NCBI GenBank assembly: GCA_049290235.1
Contig: JBATNG010000009.1
Span: 185 to 64,184 of the forward strand
Direction: 5' to 3'
DNA: 64,000 nt
Source of the DNA: Candidatus Moraniibacteriota bacterium
Lineage (GTDB): Bacteria; Patescibacteriota; Minisyncoccia; Moranbacterales; UBA1568
Positions 1-9,659 of this stretch are shown here, in pieces. Numbering within the stretch: the first letter of the stretch is position 1; every line of letters begins with the position of its first letter. A program made the translations under genes and the position numbers. The notes under the pieces are model-generated. The model did no database searches. It saw only the letters and a list, made by a program, of their open reading frames with translations, and was not told where the DNA came from.

Positions 1-90
1 TAGGGCGTATGACATCGGCGCTAGGAGATACAGTCCTGGCGACACCACCCCTCCTGCGGCGCCGACTGCGCTCGGGGTACAATAGACACT

Positions 91-2118
91 ATGAGACTCA
101 GTATCCTCAAATCATCGATCTGGCTGTCACTGAAGACCGTGAGCGGACGGCTCGCGCTGGTGTTTGTCACGTTCTTCATGCTCGCGGGGAGCACACAGGC
201 AGCGAATCTGAACGAGCCGGGTGGCATGACACAGAAAATGGACGAGGCGTGGGACGCCGTTCCGCCGAGTTCATATCCGGGTGACAACGGCGGATGGTGG
301 TGTGACAGTGGTTCATGCAGCCCCTATTCGATACTGAACGACAGTGGCGCACCGACATCTCCGCCAAATGTTCTGCGCCTGACGTTTCAGGGAAGCATTG
401 GCGGTGGATCGCCAGCACACAGTTACTTTGGATATCCGTCTGCTCTCATGCCGAATACTGGTTTGATCTATAACAGGATACGGATGCGAGTGTCATCAAA
501 TTGGACGGACGCTGGTAACGTAGGAACCAAGTTCTTTTTTCCTCGAGCAAACGCTGCTAACGAAAATAGCTACATTGGTTTGACCAATTTCGGCACGGCT
601 AGCCTTCATTGGTCGGAGAACGGCCAAGGCTGGAACACTCAAGATTACTATGCAATGAGTGGGTCTCTATCAAAAGGCGTTTGGCATGACGTTGAGATTC
701 TGCTGTACCAAGGTACAACATCAACGTCTGGCGACGGGTATGCCAGAATCTGGGTTGATGGAACTCAAGTATTAAACCAGAGCGGGCTCCAGATGATGCC
801 CAGCGGAACGAAAGGGTTTGGATACATTTTTTACGATCCGACGTTTGGCGGCGGATTAAACAACCCGCCTGCTCCGCAATTCCTCGACATTGACCACTGG
901 TACGTAAGCGTTCAAGCCAGCGGTGGCGGTGACACTACTGCACCTACCGGCGTCGCGATAACAGCGCCATCAAACGGAGCAACAGTCAGCGGCAGCAGTA
1001 CGACCGTCACGGCATCTTGTTCGGATAACGTGGCCGTTTCCAGCGTACAGATGCTGCTCGATGGCAGCAACCTCGGTTCGCAGGACACGACGAGCCCGTA
1101 CTCTATCACCTGGAACACGACAGGCGCTAGCAACGGCTCACATACGTTGTCCGCGCGCTGCACCGACACCAGCAGCAATCAGACGACTTCGTCGACTATC
1201 AACGTCACGGTCAGCAATACTGCTCCATCGGGCGAGTGTCCGTCGAATTGGAAGTCACTCAACCCAACGTGGTTATGGTGTGATGACTTCGAGACTGACG
1301 AATCAGCGTCGTGGTTCGATCGCAATGGTGCCACCACGTTTCTCCGCAACGCGAGTGCTGCTCAGTCTGGGAGTTTTGGCATGCGGGCCACGTATCCAGC
1401 GACAACCGGCGTGGCCAATGCGGGTGACTTCAAAATCGCCTTCGGTTCCGCCCCAGTGACGCCCAAGGTTGATACTGCTGACAATACCAAGTATACCGAG
1501 ATCTACTGGCGGACATTCATCAAGACCTCGGCCAACTGGCTCCCGGGAACGGGCGCCAAGTTCACCCGCGCCACAGGCTTTGTCGCCTCCGACTGGACGC
1601 AATCGTTCATTACGCACTGGTGGGATAGTTCAACGTCGGGGGTGATGATGGTCGACCCGGCATCCGGAGTGTGTCGCGGTGGATTGAAACCAAATGGGAC
1701 GACAGTCTGCACCAACAATACGGTCATCACGAGTGGCTGGAATGATTTCAATAACCTGTACTGGCTCGGTGGGGATAACGGGACGCTCCCGGTCTTCGCC
1801 AATGCCCGAGCTAACACCTGGCAATGCATCGAGGGTCACACGAAGCTGAACACGGCTGGAAGCTCGAATGGGCTCGAGGAACTATGGGTCGATGGCACAC
1901 TCGAGGCTCAGTCCGCGGGGCTGAATTTGGTCGGTACCTACAGCACCTATGGCATCAATGTGTTTTCCGTCGAGAACTACATGAACGCCGGGACGGACCA
2001 ATCCCAGTACCGTGACTGGGATAATCTAGTGGTCGCTACGACTCGCGTGGGGTGCACGGTCGGCGGTGGTAGTGATACGACGGCACCCGCTGCCCCGACC
2101 GGATTGGGAGTGAATTGA
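91..2118 (+). CDS. Secreted protein: signal peptide, two concanavalin-A-like/jelly-roll (lectin/glycanase/lyase-like) regions separated by a bacterial Ig-like domain
   Basis: N-terminal hydrophobic signal peptide (LALVFVTFFMLAGSTQA). Central TTAPTGV...SCSDNVAVSSVQMLLDGSNLGS...YSITWNTTGASNGSHTLSARCTDTSSN segment typical of Big/Ig-like domains. Flanking Gly/Asn/Trp-rich beta-sandwich-like sequence. Uninterrupted 675-codon ORF. Confidence 0.5.
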   Translation: MRLSILKSSIWLSLKTVSGRLALVFVTFFMLAGSTQAANLNEPGGMTQKMDEAWDAVPPSSYPGDNGGWWCDSGSCSPYSILNDSGAPTSPPNVLRLTFQGSIGGGSPAHSYFGYPSALMPNTGLIYNRIRMRVSSNWTDAGNVGTKFFFPRANAANENSYIGLTNFGTASLHWSENGQGWNTQDYYAMSGSLSKGVWHDVEILLYQGTTSTSGDGYARIWVDGTQVLNQSGLQMMPSGTKGFGYIFYDPTFGGGLNNPPAPQFLDIDHWYVSVQASGGGDTTAPTGVAITAPSNGATVSGSSTTVTASCSDNVAVSSVQMLLDGSNLGSQDTTSPYSITWNTTGASNGSHTLSARCTDTSSNQTTSSTINVTVSNTAPSGECPSNWKSLNPTWLWCDDFETDESASWFDRNGATTFLRNASAAQSGSFGMRATYPATTGVANAGDFKIAFGSAPVTPKVDTADNTKYTEIYWRTFIKTSANWLPGTGAKFTRATGFVASDWTQSFITHWWDSSTSGVMMVDPASGVCRGGLKPNGTTVCTNNTVITSGWNDFNNLYWLGGDNGTLPVFANARANTWQCIEGHTKLNTAGSSNGLEELWVDGTLEAQSAGLNLVGTYSTYGINVFSVENYMNAGTDQSQYRDWDNLVVATTRVGCTVGGGSDTTAPAAPTGLGVN

Positions 2119-2262
2119 GGAGAGAGGGTTTTTCAATGCCCGATTCACAGTTTTCAATGAAGACGAATTGAACCGATGGCCCAATCCTGCGCCTTGCTCC
2201 TGAGCTGATTCCGTGTCATACTGCTTTCGCCGTATTTGGCGTTTTCTTTTTTTCTCTCTGAC

Positions 2263-3720
2263 ATGGCCAAGGACAGCGTCGTTCTCCGATTCGACAAGGT
2301 GTCCTTTGAACACGGGCACAAGAAACCCATCCTCGATGAGGTAAGCTTTGCCGTGCGGCGGGGAGCGAAACTGACGCTCATGGGTCAGAACGGCGCGGGC
2401 AAGAGCTCGCTCTTTGGTCTCATCATGGGTGAGTCGAAGCCGACGAGTGGGCGGATTTCCATTGATCGGGATGAAGCCGTGGCGATCGGGCGTCAGACGA
2501 TACCTCGGGAGCAGCTGGACTTTACGCTTGAGCAATTCTTTCAGCAGTTTTTCCATGACAAGCAGTGGGATCTGCCCAAGCAGATTCAGGCAGTCCTAGA
2601 AATCGTGCACCTGCCGATGCCACCCTTGGATCGGACCATCCGAGAGTTCAGTGGCGGGCAGCAGGCGCGGCTCCTCCTCGCTTCGGCCTTGATCCAGAAT
2701 CCGGATATCCTCCTCCTCGATGAACCGACGAACAATCTCGACGCCGAAGGGATCGCGCATCTGACTCAATTTCTCATCGAGTATGACAAGACCGTGATCG
2801 TCATTTCCCACGATGCGGACTTTTTGAATTCGTTCACGCACGGCGTGCTGTACCTCGACATCTTCACGCACACCATCGAGCAGTACACGGGCGACTACTA
2901 CGATGTCATAGAGGAAATCGCGAAGCGCATCGCCAAGGCCGAGAGTGAAAACGTCCGTTTGGAGCGCACGATCAAGGAGAAGAAAGATCAGGCGAATGTC
3001 TTTGCCAACAAGGGTGGCAAACTCCGCGCTGTCGCCAAGCGGATGCGGACCTTGGCCGAGGATCTCGAGGAGAATAAGATGGATGTCCGCAAAGAAGATA
3101 AGACGCTGCCGGCATTTGAGATCCCAACCCGTGGCGTCGTCGGTCCGATCGTCGATATCAAAACAGTGTCGCTTATCGCACCACTCGGGGTGGCTGTGAA
3201 ACGGGTCGATCTGGTCTTGAAGAAGAATACGCATCTCCTCGTGACGGGCCCGAACGGGATCGGCAAGAGCACCTTCCTCGAGGCGCTGGCGACCGGGGAC
3301 ACGGATCGTGCCGTCATCACGCCCGGAGTGAAAGTGGGCTACTATCGGCAGGATTTCTCCACACTCGATTTCAATGAAACGGTGGCCAACACCCTCCTCG
3401 CCGTGATGGAGGAGAAGAATATCGAGCAGGCATACCGAATCGCCGCGAAATTCCTTATCCCCGCGGAACTCCTCCAGAACAAAGTCGACAGCCTATCCGA
3501 GGGGCAGAAGGGGCTCCTCATGTTCGCAAGGCTTTTCGCCGAGCGGCCGGACCTGCTCATCCTCGATGAGCCGACCAATCACATCAATTTCCGCCACTTG
3601 CCGGTGATCGCAGCGGCTCTCGACCAATACCAAGGCGCGATGATACTCGTCTCTCATGTCCCGGACTTCGTGGCGCAGATCCGGATCGACGAGGTGCTCG
3701 ACCTCGAAATCTTGCGCTGA
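2263..3720 (+). CDS. ABC-F family ATPase (two tandem ABC ATPase domains, no TMD; EttA/Uup/YheS-like translation-factor type)
   Basis: Two Walker A motifs (GQNGAGKSSL, GPNGIGKSTF), two ABC signatures (LSGGQQARL, LSEGQKGLL) and two Walker B motifs (ILLLDEPTN, LLILDEPTN) in one polypeptide. ORF-track start at 2236 is a TTG; the ATG at 2263 (MAKDSVVLRF...) gives a typical ABC-F N-terminus. Confidence 0.85.
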   Translation: MAKDSVVLRFDKVSFEHGHKKPILDEVSFAVRRGAKLTLMGQNGAGKSSLFGLIMGESKPTSGRISIDRDEAVAIGRQTIPREQLDFTLEQFFQQFFHDKQWDLPKQIQAVLEIVHLPMPPLDRTIREFSGGQQARLLLASALIQNPDILLLDEPTNNLDAEGIAHLTQFLIEYDKTVIVISHDADFLNSFTHGVLYLDIFTHTIEQYTGDYYDVIEEIAKRIAKAESENVRLERTIKEKKDQANVFANKGGKLRAVAKRMRTLAEDLEENKMDVRKEDKTLPAFEIPTRGVVGPIVDIKTVSLIAPLGVAVKRVDLVLKKNTHLLVTGPNGIGKSTFLEALATGDTDRAVITPGVKVGYYRQDFSTLDFNETVANTLLAVMEEKNIEQAYRIAAKFLIPAELLQNKVDSLSEGQKGLLMFARLFAERPDLLILDEPTNHINFRHLPVIAAALDQYQGAMILVSHVPDFVAQIRIDEVLDLEILR

Positions 3721-3874
3721 AGGAAATATCAGGTGCGTCCAGAATGTCCTCTCGGACGCTGTCCCTAGGGGGCCGATAGCTATTTTTCTGACGGCTGCAC
3801 CCGAGAAACGCTTGGATAAAGCAAAAGTACTGGCACTGCCTGTACTACTATGGAGGTGGTCAAATCAACGCAGT

Positions 3875-4747
3875 ATGTCAGAACAAACACCACAAGCAAG
3901 GCAGCAGTTGCTCGCTCGAGGGATAGCGGTCTTGGTGGTGGTCTCGGCTGGTGTGTTTGTGTTCTTCATCCTGCAGCCGTCTGCTCACACTGAGAGAGTG
4001 TCGGACAGCCACAGCGGGAGCGATGACGGAAACCGACACGGCTCATTCATTGACTTCATCGTTGAAGAAACGAGAGTGATCGGGGAAACAGCCCTGGAGG
4101 CAATCACCCATCCAGAGACTATCTGGACTGGGACGGGCGGTACGGGAGAGTCGGCGTACTATCGGCATGAGGATATCAGTGTGACCCTCTTCTGGGTCGG
4201 TGAACGGGCTGACGAAGACAATCAAGGTATCCCCAATCGGCGCAGTGCCTGGGACGATTCGTGGGAACAGCATTATGGCGGATTTGATGACCCCGACGAT
4301 CGGAATGCGGATTATTTTCCTGCCGGGTTCCTGCCGAAAGAGAATCCTTTTTATTTCGCTTTGCCCTACAATGATTTCGACGAAGATGGCGTGCGCCGGG
4401 CCGAAGCCTACTCGGTCGTCCCATGGGCTGGTGTGGAGACGTGGGGGGAGAAGGAATCGATGTTGAAGAATCGCTGGATCAAGATCATCAAAGGAGGGAA
4501 GGTCGCCTACGCTCAATGGGAAGATGTCGGTCCCTTTGAAGAAGACGATGCAGCGTACGTGTTTGGGACCGCTGATCCGAAGAGCGAAACGAATCAACAT
4601 GCGGGACTCGATCTCTCACCGGCCGTGAATGACTATCTCGATTTGAAGGGTGTCGACAGCGTCAGTTGGCAGTTCATTGAGGAGGCGGATGTCCCCGCTG
4701 GTCCTTGGAAGGAAGTTGTCACCCGTTCTCAAGTCACGTGGAAGTAG
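3875..4747 (+). CDS. Membrane-anchored secreted hypothetical protein (acidic, Trp/Asp-rich ectodomain)
   Basis: ORF-track ORF starts at 3656 and overlaps the upstream gene. The internal ATG at 3875 (MSEQTPQ...) is followed by a single TM helix (GIAVLVVVSAGVFVFFIL). No recognisable catalytic motif. Confidence 0.5.
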   Translation: MSEQTPQARQQLLARGIAVLVVVSAGVFVFFILQPSAHTERVSDSHSGSDDGNRHGSFIDFIVEETRVIGETALEAITHPETIWTGTGGTGESAYYRHEDISVTLFWVGERADEDNQGIPNRRSAWDDSWEQHYGGFDDPDDRNADYFPAGFLPKENPFYFALPYNDFDEDGVRRAEAYSVVPWAGVETWGEKESMLKNRWIKIIKGGKVAYAQWEDVGPFEEDDAAYVFGTADPKSETNQHAGLDLSPAVNDYLDLKGVDSVSWQFIEEADVPAGPWKEVVTRSQVTWK

Positions 4748-4800
4748 GATGTACAGTGAACGGTACTGAGTGCGAACGGGGAACATGATCGTCGGGATTC

Positions 4801-7800
4801 GTGTGGGGAGCGGAGATGACTGGATCGATTGAACGGCGTATGCAACGGAACGGAAGAGAGAAAATTTTTCACGATCAGCGAGGGATTCGGAAGCGCTATG
4901 TCGTTTCGGCAGTTTCCCTGTTCGGTTGCTTGATAGTCGGGGTGTTCAGTGTGACCGCCGTGAGCATCCTCAGGACGCCCGCCCTGCCTCCGTTGCCAGT
5001 CTCTTCAGGGGTATCCGCCGAGAGTACGGTTTCCGAGACCGTTCCCCAACCGGTTTCCCTGGTTACCCCGCCGATAGCGGCCTGGCAGCGACTCCTCACC
5101 ACCTCCACGGTAGAGCGGAATCCGGCTCAATTGTCGGAAGTGTTTGGTTTCTTCGTCAACTGGGATGACGATAGTCTCGCTTCCCTGAAGGCACATGCGG
5201 CGGTGCTGGACGGTCTCATCCCGGAATGGCTCCACCTCGCGAGCGGGACCGGGGAGGTAGTCTTGGATGATCCGGCCCGGGCACAAGAGACCCGCGAGTT
5301 CCTCGAAGCCCAAGACTATGCCCTCCCGATCTATCCATTGATCAATAATTACAATCCTCGGACTGACGGTTGGGATAGCGAGAGTCTGGTCGCGATGCTG
5401 TCTTCTCCCGACGCTCGCCACACCTTGATCGCCACACTCCTCGATTATGCCACCGCTCAGCATGCCGCCGGCATCACGATCGACTTCGAGGCGGTCCCGG
5501 ATACGAGTCAGGCGGCCCTCGTACTCTTCATGGGGGAACTGTCATCAGCATTCCACGAGAAAGACTTGAAGGTCATGCTGTGTCTCCCACTCGTCGATGA
5601 TTCATTCGATATCGCGACTTTGGCAGAGGCGAGTGACCACCTCATCCTCATGGCCTATGACGAGCATGTCCCGAGTGATTCCGTTGCCGGGCCGATTGCC
5701 TCGATGGGGTGGTATGTGAACGGGATCGCTGAACGTTTTCGTACCCTCTCGCCCGAAAAATATATCGTTGCTCTCGGGAATTACGGTTATGATTGGCCTG
5801 CTGACGGATCACCCGGCCGATCGTTGACGTTCCAGGAAGCCGTGCGTATCGCCGACAGAGCGAACCGTGCCGTGACTCTGGAGTCCGCCTCGCTCAATTC
5901 CACTTTTTCTTATTCAGGTGAATCGGGGATCGCTCATCAGGTCTGGATGCTGGATGCACTCTCAGTATTCAATCAGGTGACTAGCGCCGAAAAACTCGGC
6001 GGGACAGGGCGCTATGCCTTGTGGCGGCTCGGTTCGGAGGATCCGACGCTCTGGAATCTCTTCCAGCGTCCTCAGGTGCGAGGTCGGGCCGCGGCTGAGA
6101 AACTCAAGACGATACGCTTCAGCTATGAAGTCAGCCATGAAGGAGCTGGAGAAATCCTCCAATTGGCCGAGGCACCTCGGGCAGGGAGCCGGGATATCAC
6201 ATACGATGAGGCGACCGGACTGGTGATCGCCGAGAGCCTGACTGACTTCCCTCGCCCCTATGTCTTGAAGCGCTGGGGTGGCAATGACTCGAAGAAAATC
6301 GCGCTCACGTTCGATGATGGTCCGGACGCGACGTACACGCCAGAGATATTGGAAATCTTGAAACAGTATGATGTCCCAGCAACGTTTTTTGTCGTCGGGT
6401 TGAATGCGAGTCTGAACCCGGAGATTCTGAAAACCATCCTCCGCCAGGGGAGTGAGATCGGCAATCACACCTACACCCACCCGGACATCTCGGTCATAAC
6501 ACAAAAGCAGTTCCGTCTCGAGCTCGATACCACCGAGCGCGTCATCGAAGGGGTACTCGGGAGGAAAGCACTCCTCTTCCGGCCTCCTTACATCGAGGAT
6601 ACGGAGCCCGAGAACGCCGAAGAAGTCGGTCCGCTCATCCTCACGCATGATCTCGGATACTACACGGTCGGTTTGCATATCGATTCGAACGATTGGAGAC
6701 AACCGAGGGCGCGGATGATCGCTGATAGTGTGTTGGATCAGGCTCGGGCGGGAGCGGGTAATATCGTACTCTTGCACGATGCGGGCGGCCGGCGCGAGCA
6801 AACTGTCGCGGCACTGCCGCTCATCATCGAAGGACTGCAGGCCGATGGATTCGAAATAGTCCGGGTTTCAGAGCTGATGGGGCTCACTTCGGCGGAAGTC
6901 ATGCCACTGGTGACAGCTGATGAGAGGGCGATGTCTCATATCAATGGGCTCACTTTCCATTTCGTGAGCGCTTTCAATGTCTTCATGCGAATGATGTTTG
7001 GCATCGGGATCATTTTGGGGATCGGACGGTTTTTGATTCTCGGGTCACTTGGGTTCGGGAACACATTGAGAGCCCGTTTCATACGGAGAAGGCTTGAACG
7101 GCGTGAACAGCAGTATCATCCGACAGTGGGAGTTATTATCCCGGCGCACAATGAAGCCGGAGTGATCGTCCGGACGGTCCGTGCTGTCCTCGCTTCGGAT
7201 TACCCAGTCTCGAAGGTGATCGTCATCGATGACGGATCGACAGATCAGACCGTCGCAGTCATCCGCGCGCACTTTCCAGATGATTCCGAAATCAGCGTCA
7301 TTTCGCAGGTACATGGTGGCAAGTCGGCCGCTCTGAATCGAGGAATAGCAGAAACGACCGCTGAGATCATCGTGACTCTGGATGCGGATACACTCTTTCT
7401 CCCCGATACGATCCAGAAGCTCGTCCGGCACTTCGCTGACCGGACGGTGGGAGGGGTGTCAGGCAATACGAAAGTCGGCAACCGTCTCAATCTCCTGACA
7501 CGCTGGCAGGCGCTCGAGTATGTCACGAGCCAGAACCTGGATCGTCGCGCCTTCGAAGTGCTGAACTGCATCCCGGTGATTTCTGGCGCCGTGGGGGCAT
7601 GGCGTCGATCGGTGCTTCTCGAAACGGGGGGATTCTCGAGTGACACTTTGGCCGAAGACGCTGATGCAACGTGGAGTCTCTTGCGTTTGGGCTACCGAGT
7701 CGTGTATGAGGAGGAAGCCATGGCCTATACGGAGGCGCCCGCGACCGTACGAACCTTCATCAAGCAGCGTTTCCGTTGGGCGTACGGCACCTTTCAGACG

Positions 7801-8235
7801 GCTTGGAAACATAAGGGAGCTTTTTTCTCTGGCCCAGCGAGTGTCGGGTGGGTGGCTTTGCCGAACGTTTTCATCTTTCAAATCCTTTTTCCTCTCGTCG
7901 CCCCGATCATGGATGCGCTCTTCATCAGTTCCCTGGCGTGGTATGGCTGGCAGCAGTGGCAGCATCCGCTCACACTCCCCAGTTCTCAGGGGTTCCCCGA
8001 AGTTTTCGGTTATTATCTCTTGTTCCTGGCGATTGATTTCTTGACCGCACTCATTCCTTTTCTCTGGGAGCGTCAAGAGAGACTCAGTCTCCTCCTCTGG
8101 CTCCCGCTGCAACGATTCTCCTATCGGCAGCTCCTCTATTACGTGACCTTCAAGGCCCTGTGGGCAGCCGCCAAGGGCACTCTGACGTACTGGGGGAGGA
8201 CGGAGCGCAAAGCGACAGTAGAAGTAGGTTCCTAG
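4801..8235 (+). CDS. Tri-domain membrane protein: GH-like (beta/alpha)8 domain + CE4 polysaccharide deacetylase (NodB homology) + processive family-2 glycosyltransferase (NodC/chitin-synthase/PgaC-like)
   Basis: N-terminal TM helix. Then GITIDFE and GNYGYDW motifs reminiscent of GH18-type barrels. NodB motifs TFDDGPDATYTPEILEILKQYDVPATFFVVG ... HTYTHPD. Second hydrophobic segment (GIGIILGIGRFLILG). GT2 motifs VIIPAHNEAGVI...VIVIDDGSTDQT, LDADT, QRFRWAYG (QxxRW) and a C-terminal TM bundle. Confidence 0.75.
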   Translation: MWGAEMTGSIERRMQRNGREKIFHDQRGIRKRYVVSAVSLFGCLIVGVFSVTAVSILRTPALPPLPVSSGVSAESTVSETVPQPVSLVTPPIAAWQRLLTTSTVERNPAQLSEVFGFFVNWDDDSLASLKAHAAVLDGLIPEWLHLASGTGEVVLDDPARAQETREFLEAQDYALPIYPLINNYNPRTDGWDSESLVAMLSSPDARHTLIATLLDYATAQHAAGITIDFEAVPDTSQAALVLFMGELSSAFHEKDLKVMLCLPLVDDSFDIATLAEASDHLILMAYDEHVPSDSVAGPIASMGWYVNGIAERFRTLSPEKYIVALGNYGYDWPADGSPGRSLTFQEAVRIADRANRAVTLESASLNSTFSYSGESGIAHQVWMLDALSVFNQVTSAEKLGGTGRYALWRLGSEDPTLWNLFQRPQVRGRAAAEKLKTIRFSYEVSHEGAGEILQLAEAPRAGSRDITYDEATGLVIAESLTDFPRPYVLKRWGGNDSKKIALTFDDGPDATYTPEILEILKQYDVPATFFVVGLNASLNPEILKTILRQGSEIGNHTYTHPDISVITQKQFRLELDTTERVIEGVLGRKALLFRPPYIEDTEPENAEEVGPLILTHDLGYYTVGLHIDSNDWRQPRARMIADSVLDQARAGAGNIVLLHDAGGRREQTVAALPLIIEGLQADGFEIVRVSELMGLTSAEVMPLVTADERAMSHINGLTFHFVSAFNVFMRMMFGIGIILGIGRFLILGSLGFGNTLRARFIRRRLERREQQYHPTVGVIIPAHNEAGVIVRTVRAVLASDYPVSKVIVIDDGSTDQTVAVIRAHFPDDSEISVISQVHGGKSAALNRGIAETTAEIIVTLDADTLFLPDTIQKLVRHFADRTVGGVSGNTKVGNRLNLLTRWQALEYVTSQNLDRRAFEVLNCIPVISGAVGAWRRSVLLETGGFSSDTLAEDADATWSLLRLGYRVVYEEEAMAYTEAPATVRTFIKQRFRWAYGTFQTAWKHKGAFFSGPASVGWVALPNVFIFQILFPLVAPIMDALFISSLAWYGWQQWQHPLTLPSSQGFPEVFGYYLLFLAIDFLTALIPFLWERQERLSLLLWLPLQRFSYRQLLYYVTFKALWAAAKGTLTYWGRTERKATVEVGS

Positions 8236-8347
8236 TTGACGGAGACTCTCGCGGGACAGTCGGTGGATGGTTCGCTATTTGAACCGCAGTGCGTCGACCA
8301 GCCCGCAAGAGCTACGCCCTAGCGTTGCTGGCGGGGGGCGTAAGAAC

Positions 8348-9535
8348 TTATTTGTATCGTAATGCATCCAATGCATCAATTCTACTCGCTGAGCGAGCGG
8401 GGAAAACGCCGGTGAGGAAACCGACAAAAGCGCCGAAGCCAATGACAGTCATGATGAACCAGAGGGGAGAATAAAACAGCGAGACGGCCTCGCCGCCGAA
8501 CCGGGTGGCGACTGCATTGATGAGGAAATTGATGATGAACCCACCGACATAGCCGATACCGACACCGCCGACTGCTCCGAGGAAACCCATGAGGGTCGAT
8601 TCCATGACGAACATGAGTGAGATATCGGACTTAGAGGCGCCAATGGCTTTCATGATGCCGATTTCCTCGGTCCGCTCGAGGAGTGTGATCGTCATTGTGT
8701 TGAACATCCCGATGGCCGAAACGATGAGGGCGATCATCCCGAAGACCATGAGGACGATCTGGATGGCGCGAAAGACTTTGTTCGCTTGATCGATGGTTTC
8801 GGAGATGGAAGAGGCCGTGAAGCCGAGCGCGCCGATGGCGGTTCGGACGGACTCGATGACATCTGTTGAGCGGCATTTCACTTTGAGTTTGGTGTATTGG
8901 TCGATGGTCAGCGACCCGAGGGAATCGAGCGGGACATAGACGATATTCTCGGCGCCTTCGCCGATACCGACAATCGTGTAGGCGGCCCCGAGATCGACCG
9001 ACGTTCCGCGGCCAGCCGCGTCCGGATTGATGAAGAGGGTGAGAGCCATGGTCTTCCCGAGCATTTCCTCAGGCGTAACACCATAGACCTGAGCAACGGC
9101 CTTGGTGATGACGATTTCACGGACATTGCCACGATCGAAGAGTCGACCGGACTCGACTTTCAATCCCTCACTTTTGAGATAGCTTGGCCCGGTCGAGATC
9201 GTCGAAACATCGAGGGTGATGTTGTTGAAGCGGCCCTGGCCGGCGAGTTCGAGAGCGGGGATGACATCGATGACATCCGGGATAGCACCGAGTTTCTCGA
9301 TCGCGGAGCGGTCCAGCCGCGCGGACTTGTCCTCACCGAGTGTGACATCGAGGGAGACGAGGGCGTCGGAGGTCGTGATTTTTTGGAGGAGTGTGCGCTG
9401 CAGTCCATAGCCGAAGGAAACGAGGAACATGATCGCCGAGATGCCGACCGACATCCCGAGGATGGTCAGGAGCGTCCGCATGGTGCGCGCCTTGAACATG
9501 CGGAGCGAGAGTTTGAGGACGTCGAAGAAGCGCAT
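8348..9535 (-). CDS. ABC transporter permease, FtsX/MacB/LolE-type (4 TM with large extracytoplasmic loop)
   Basis: N-terminal TM helix, long periplasmic domain, three C-terminal TM helices (pattern like MFKARTMRTLLTILGMSVGISAIMFLVSFGYG). Directly downstream of an ABC ATPase on the same strand. Confidence 0.8.
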   Translation of the reverse strand: MRFFDVLKLSLRMFKARTMRTLLTILGMSVGISAIMFLVSFGYGLQRTLLQKITTSDALVSLDVTLGEDKSARLDRSAIEKLGAIPDVIDVIPALELAGQGRFNNITLDVSTISTGPSYLKSEGLKVESGRLFDRGNVREIVITKAVAQVYGVTPEEMLGKTMALTLFINPDAAGRGTSVDLGAAYTIVGIGEGAENIVYVPLDSLGSLTIDQYTKLKVKCRSTDVIESVRTAIGALGFTASSISETIDQANKVFRAIQIVLMVFGMIALIVSAIGMFNTMTITLLERTEEIGIMKAIGASKSDISLMFVMESTLMGFLGAVGGVGIGYVGGFIINFLINAVATRFGGEAVSLFYSPLWFIMTVIGFGAFVGFLTGVFPARSASRIDALDALRYK

Positions 9536-9659
9536 ACCCCGTTACAAATTCGGATAATTAGTAGTTCTTTCTTTCATACCATTCTCAAACCTTATTGTGT
9601 ACCTCTCGTTTAAATACAGGAGAAGGCCAACAGTGATTGCAAATTTGTAACGGGGCATA

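Noticed and set aside
3656-3874. Upstream extension of ORF 3656..4747
   Set aside because: It overlaps the ABC-F gene's 3' end in another frame and is Ser/Arg/Cys-rich. The first convincing start is the ATG at 3875, before the TM helix.
5962-6801. 279-aa minus-strand ORF
   Set aside because: Antisense to the GH-like/CE4/GT2 fusion gene inside its NodB domain. Shadow ORF.
7459-8112. 217-aa minus-strand ORF
   Set aside because: Antisense to the GT2 domain of the large fusion gene.
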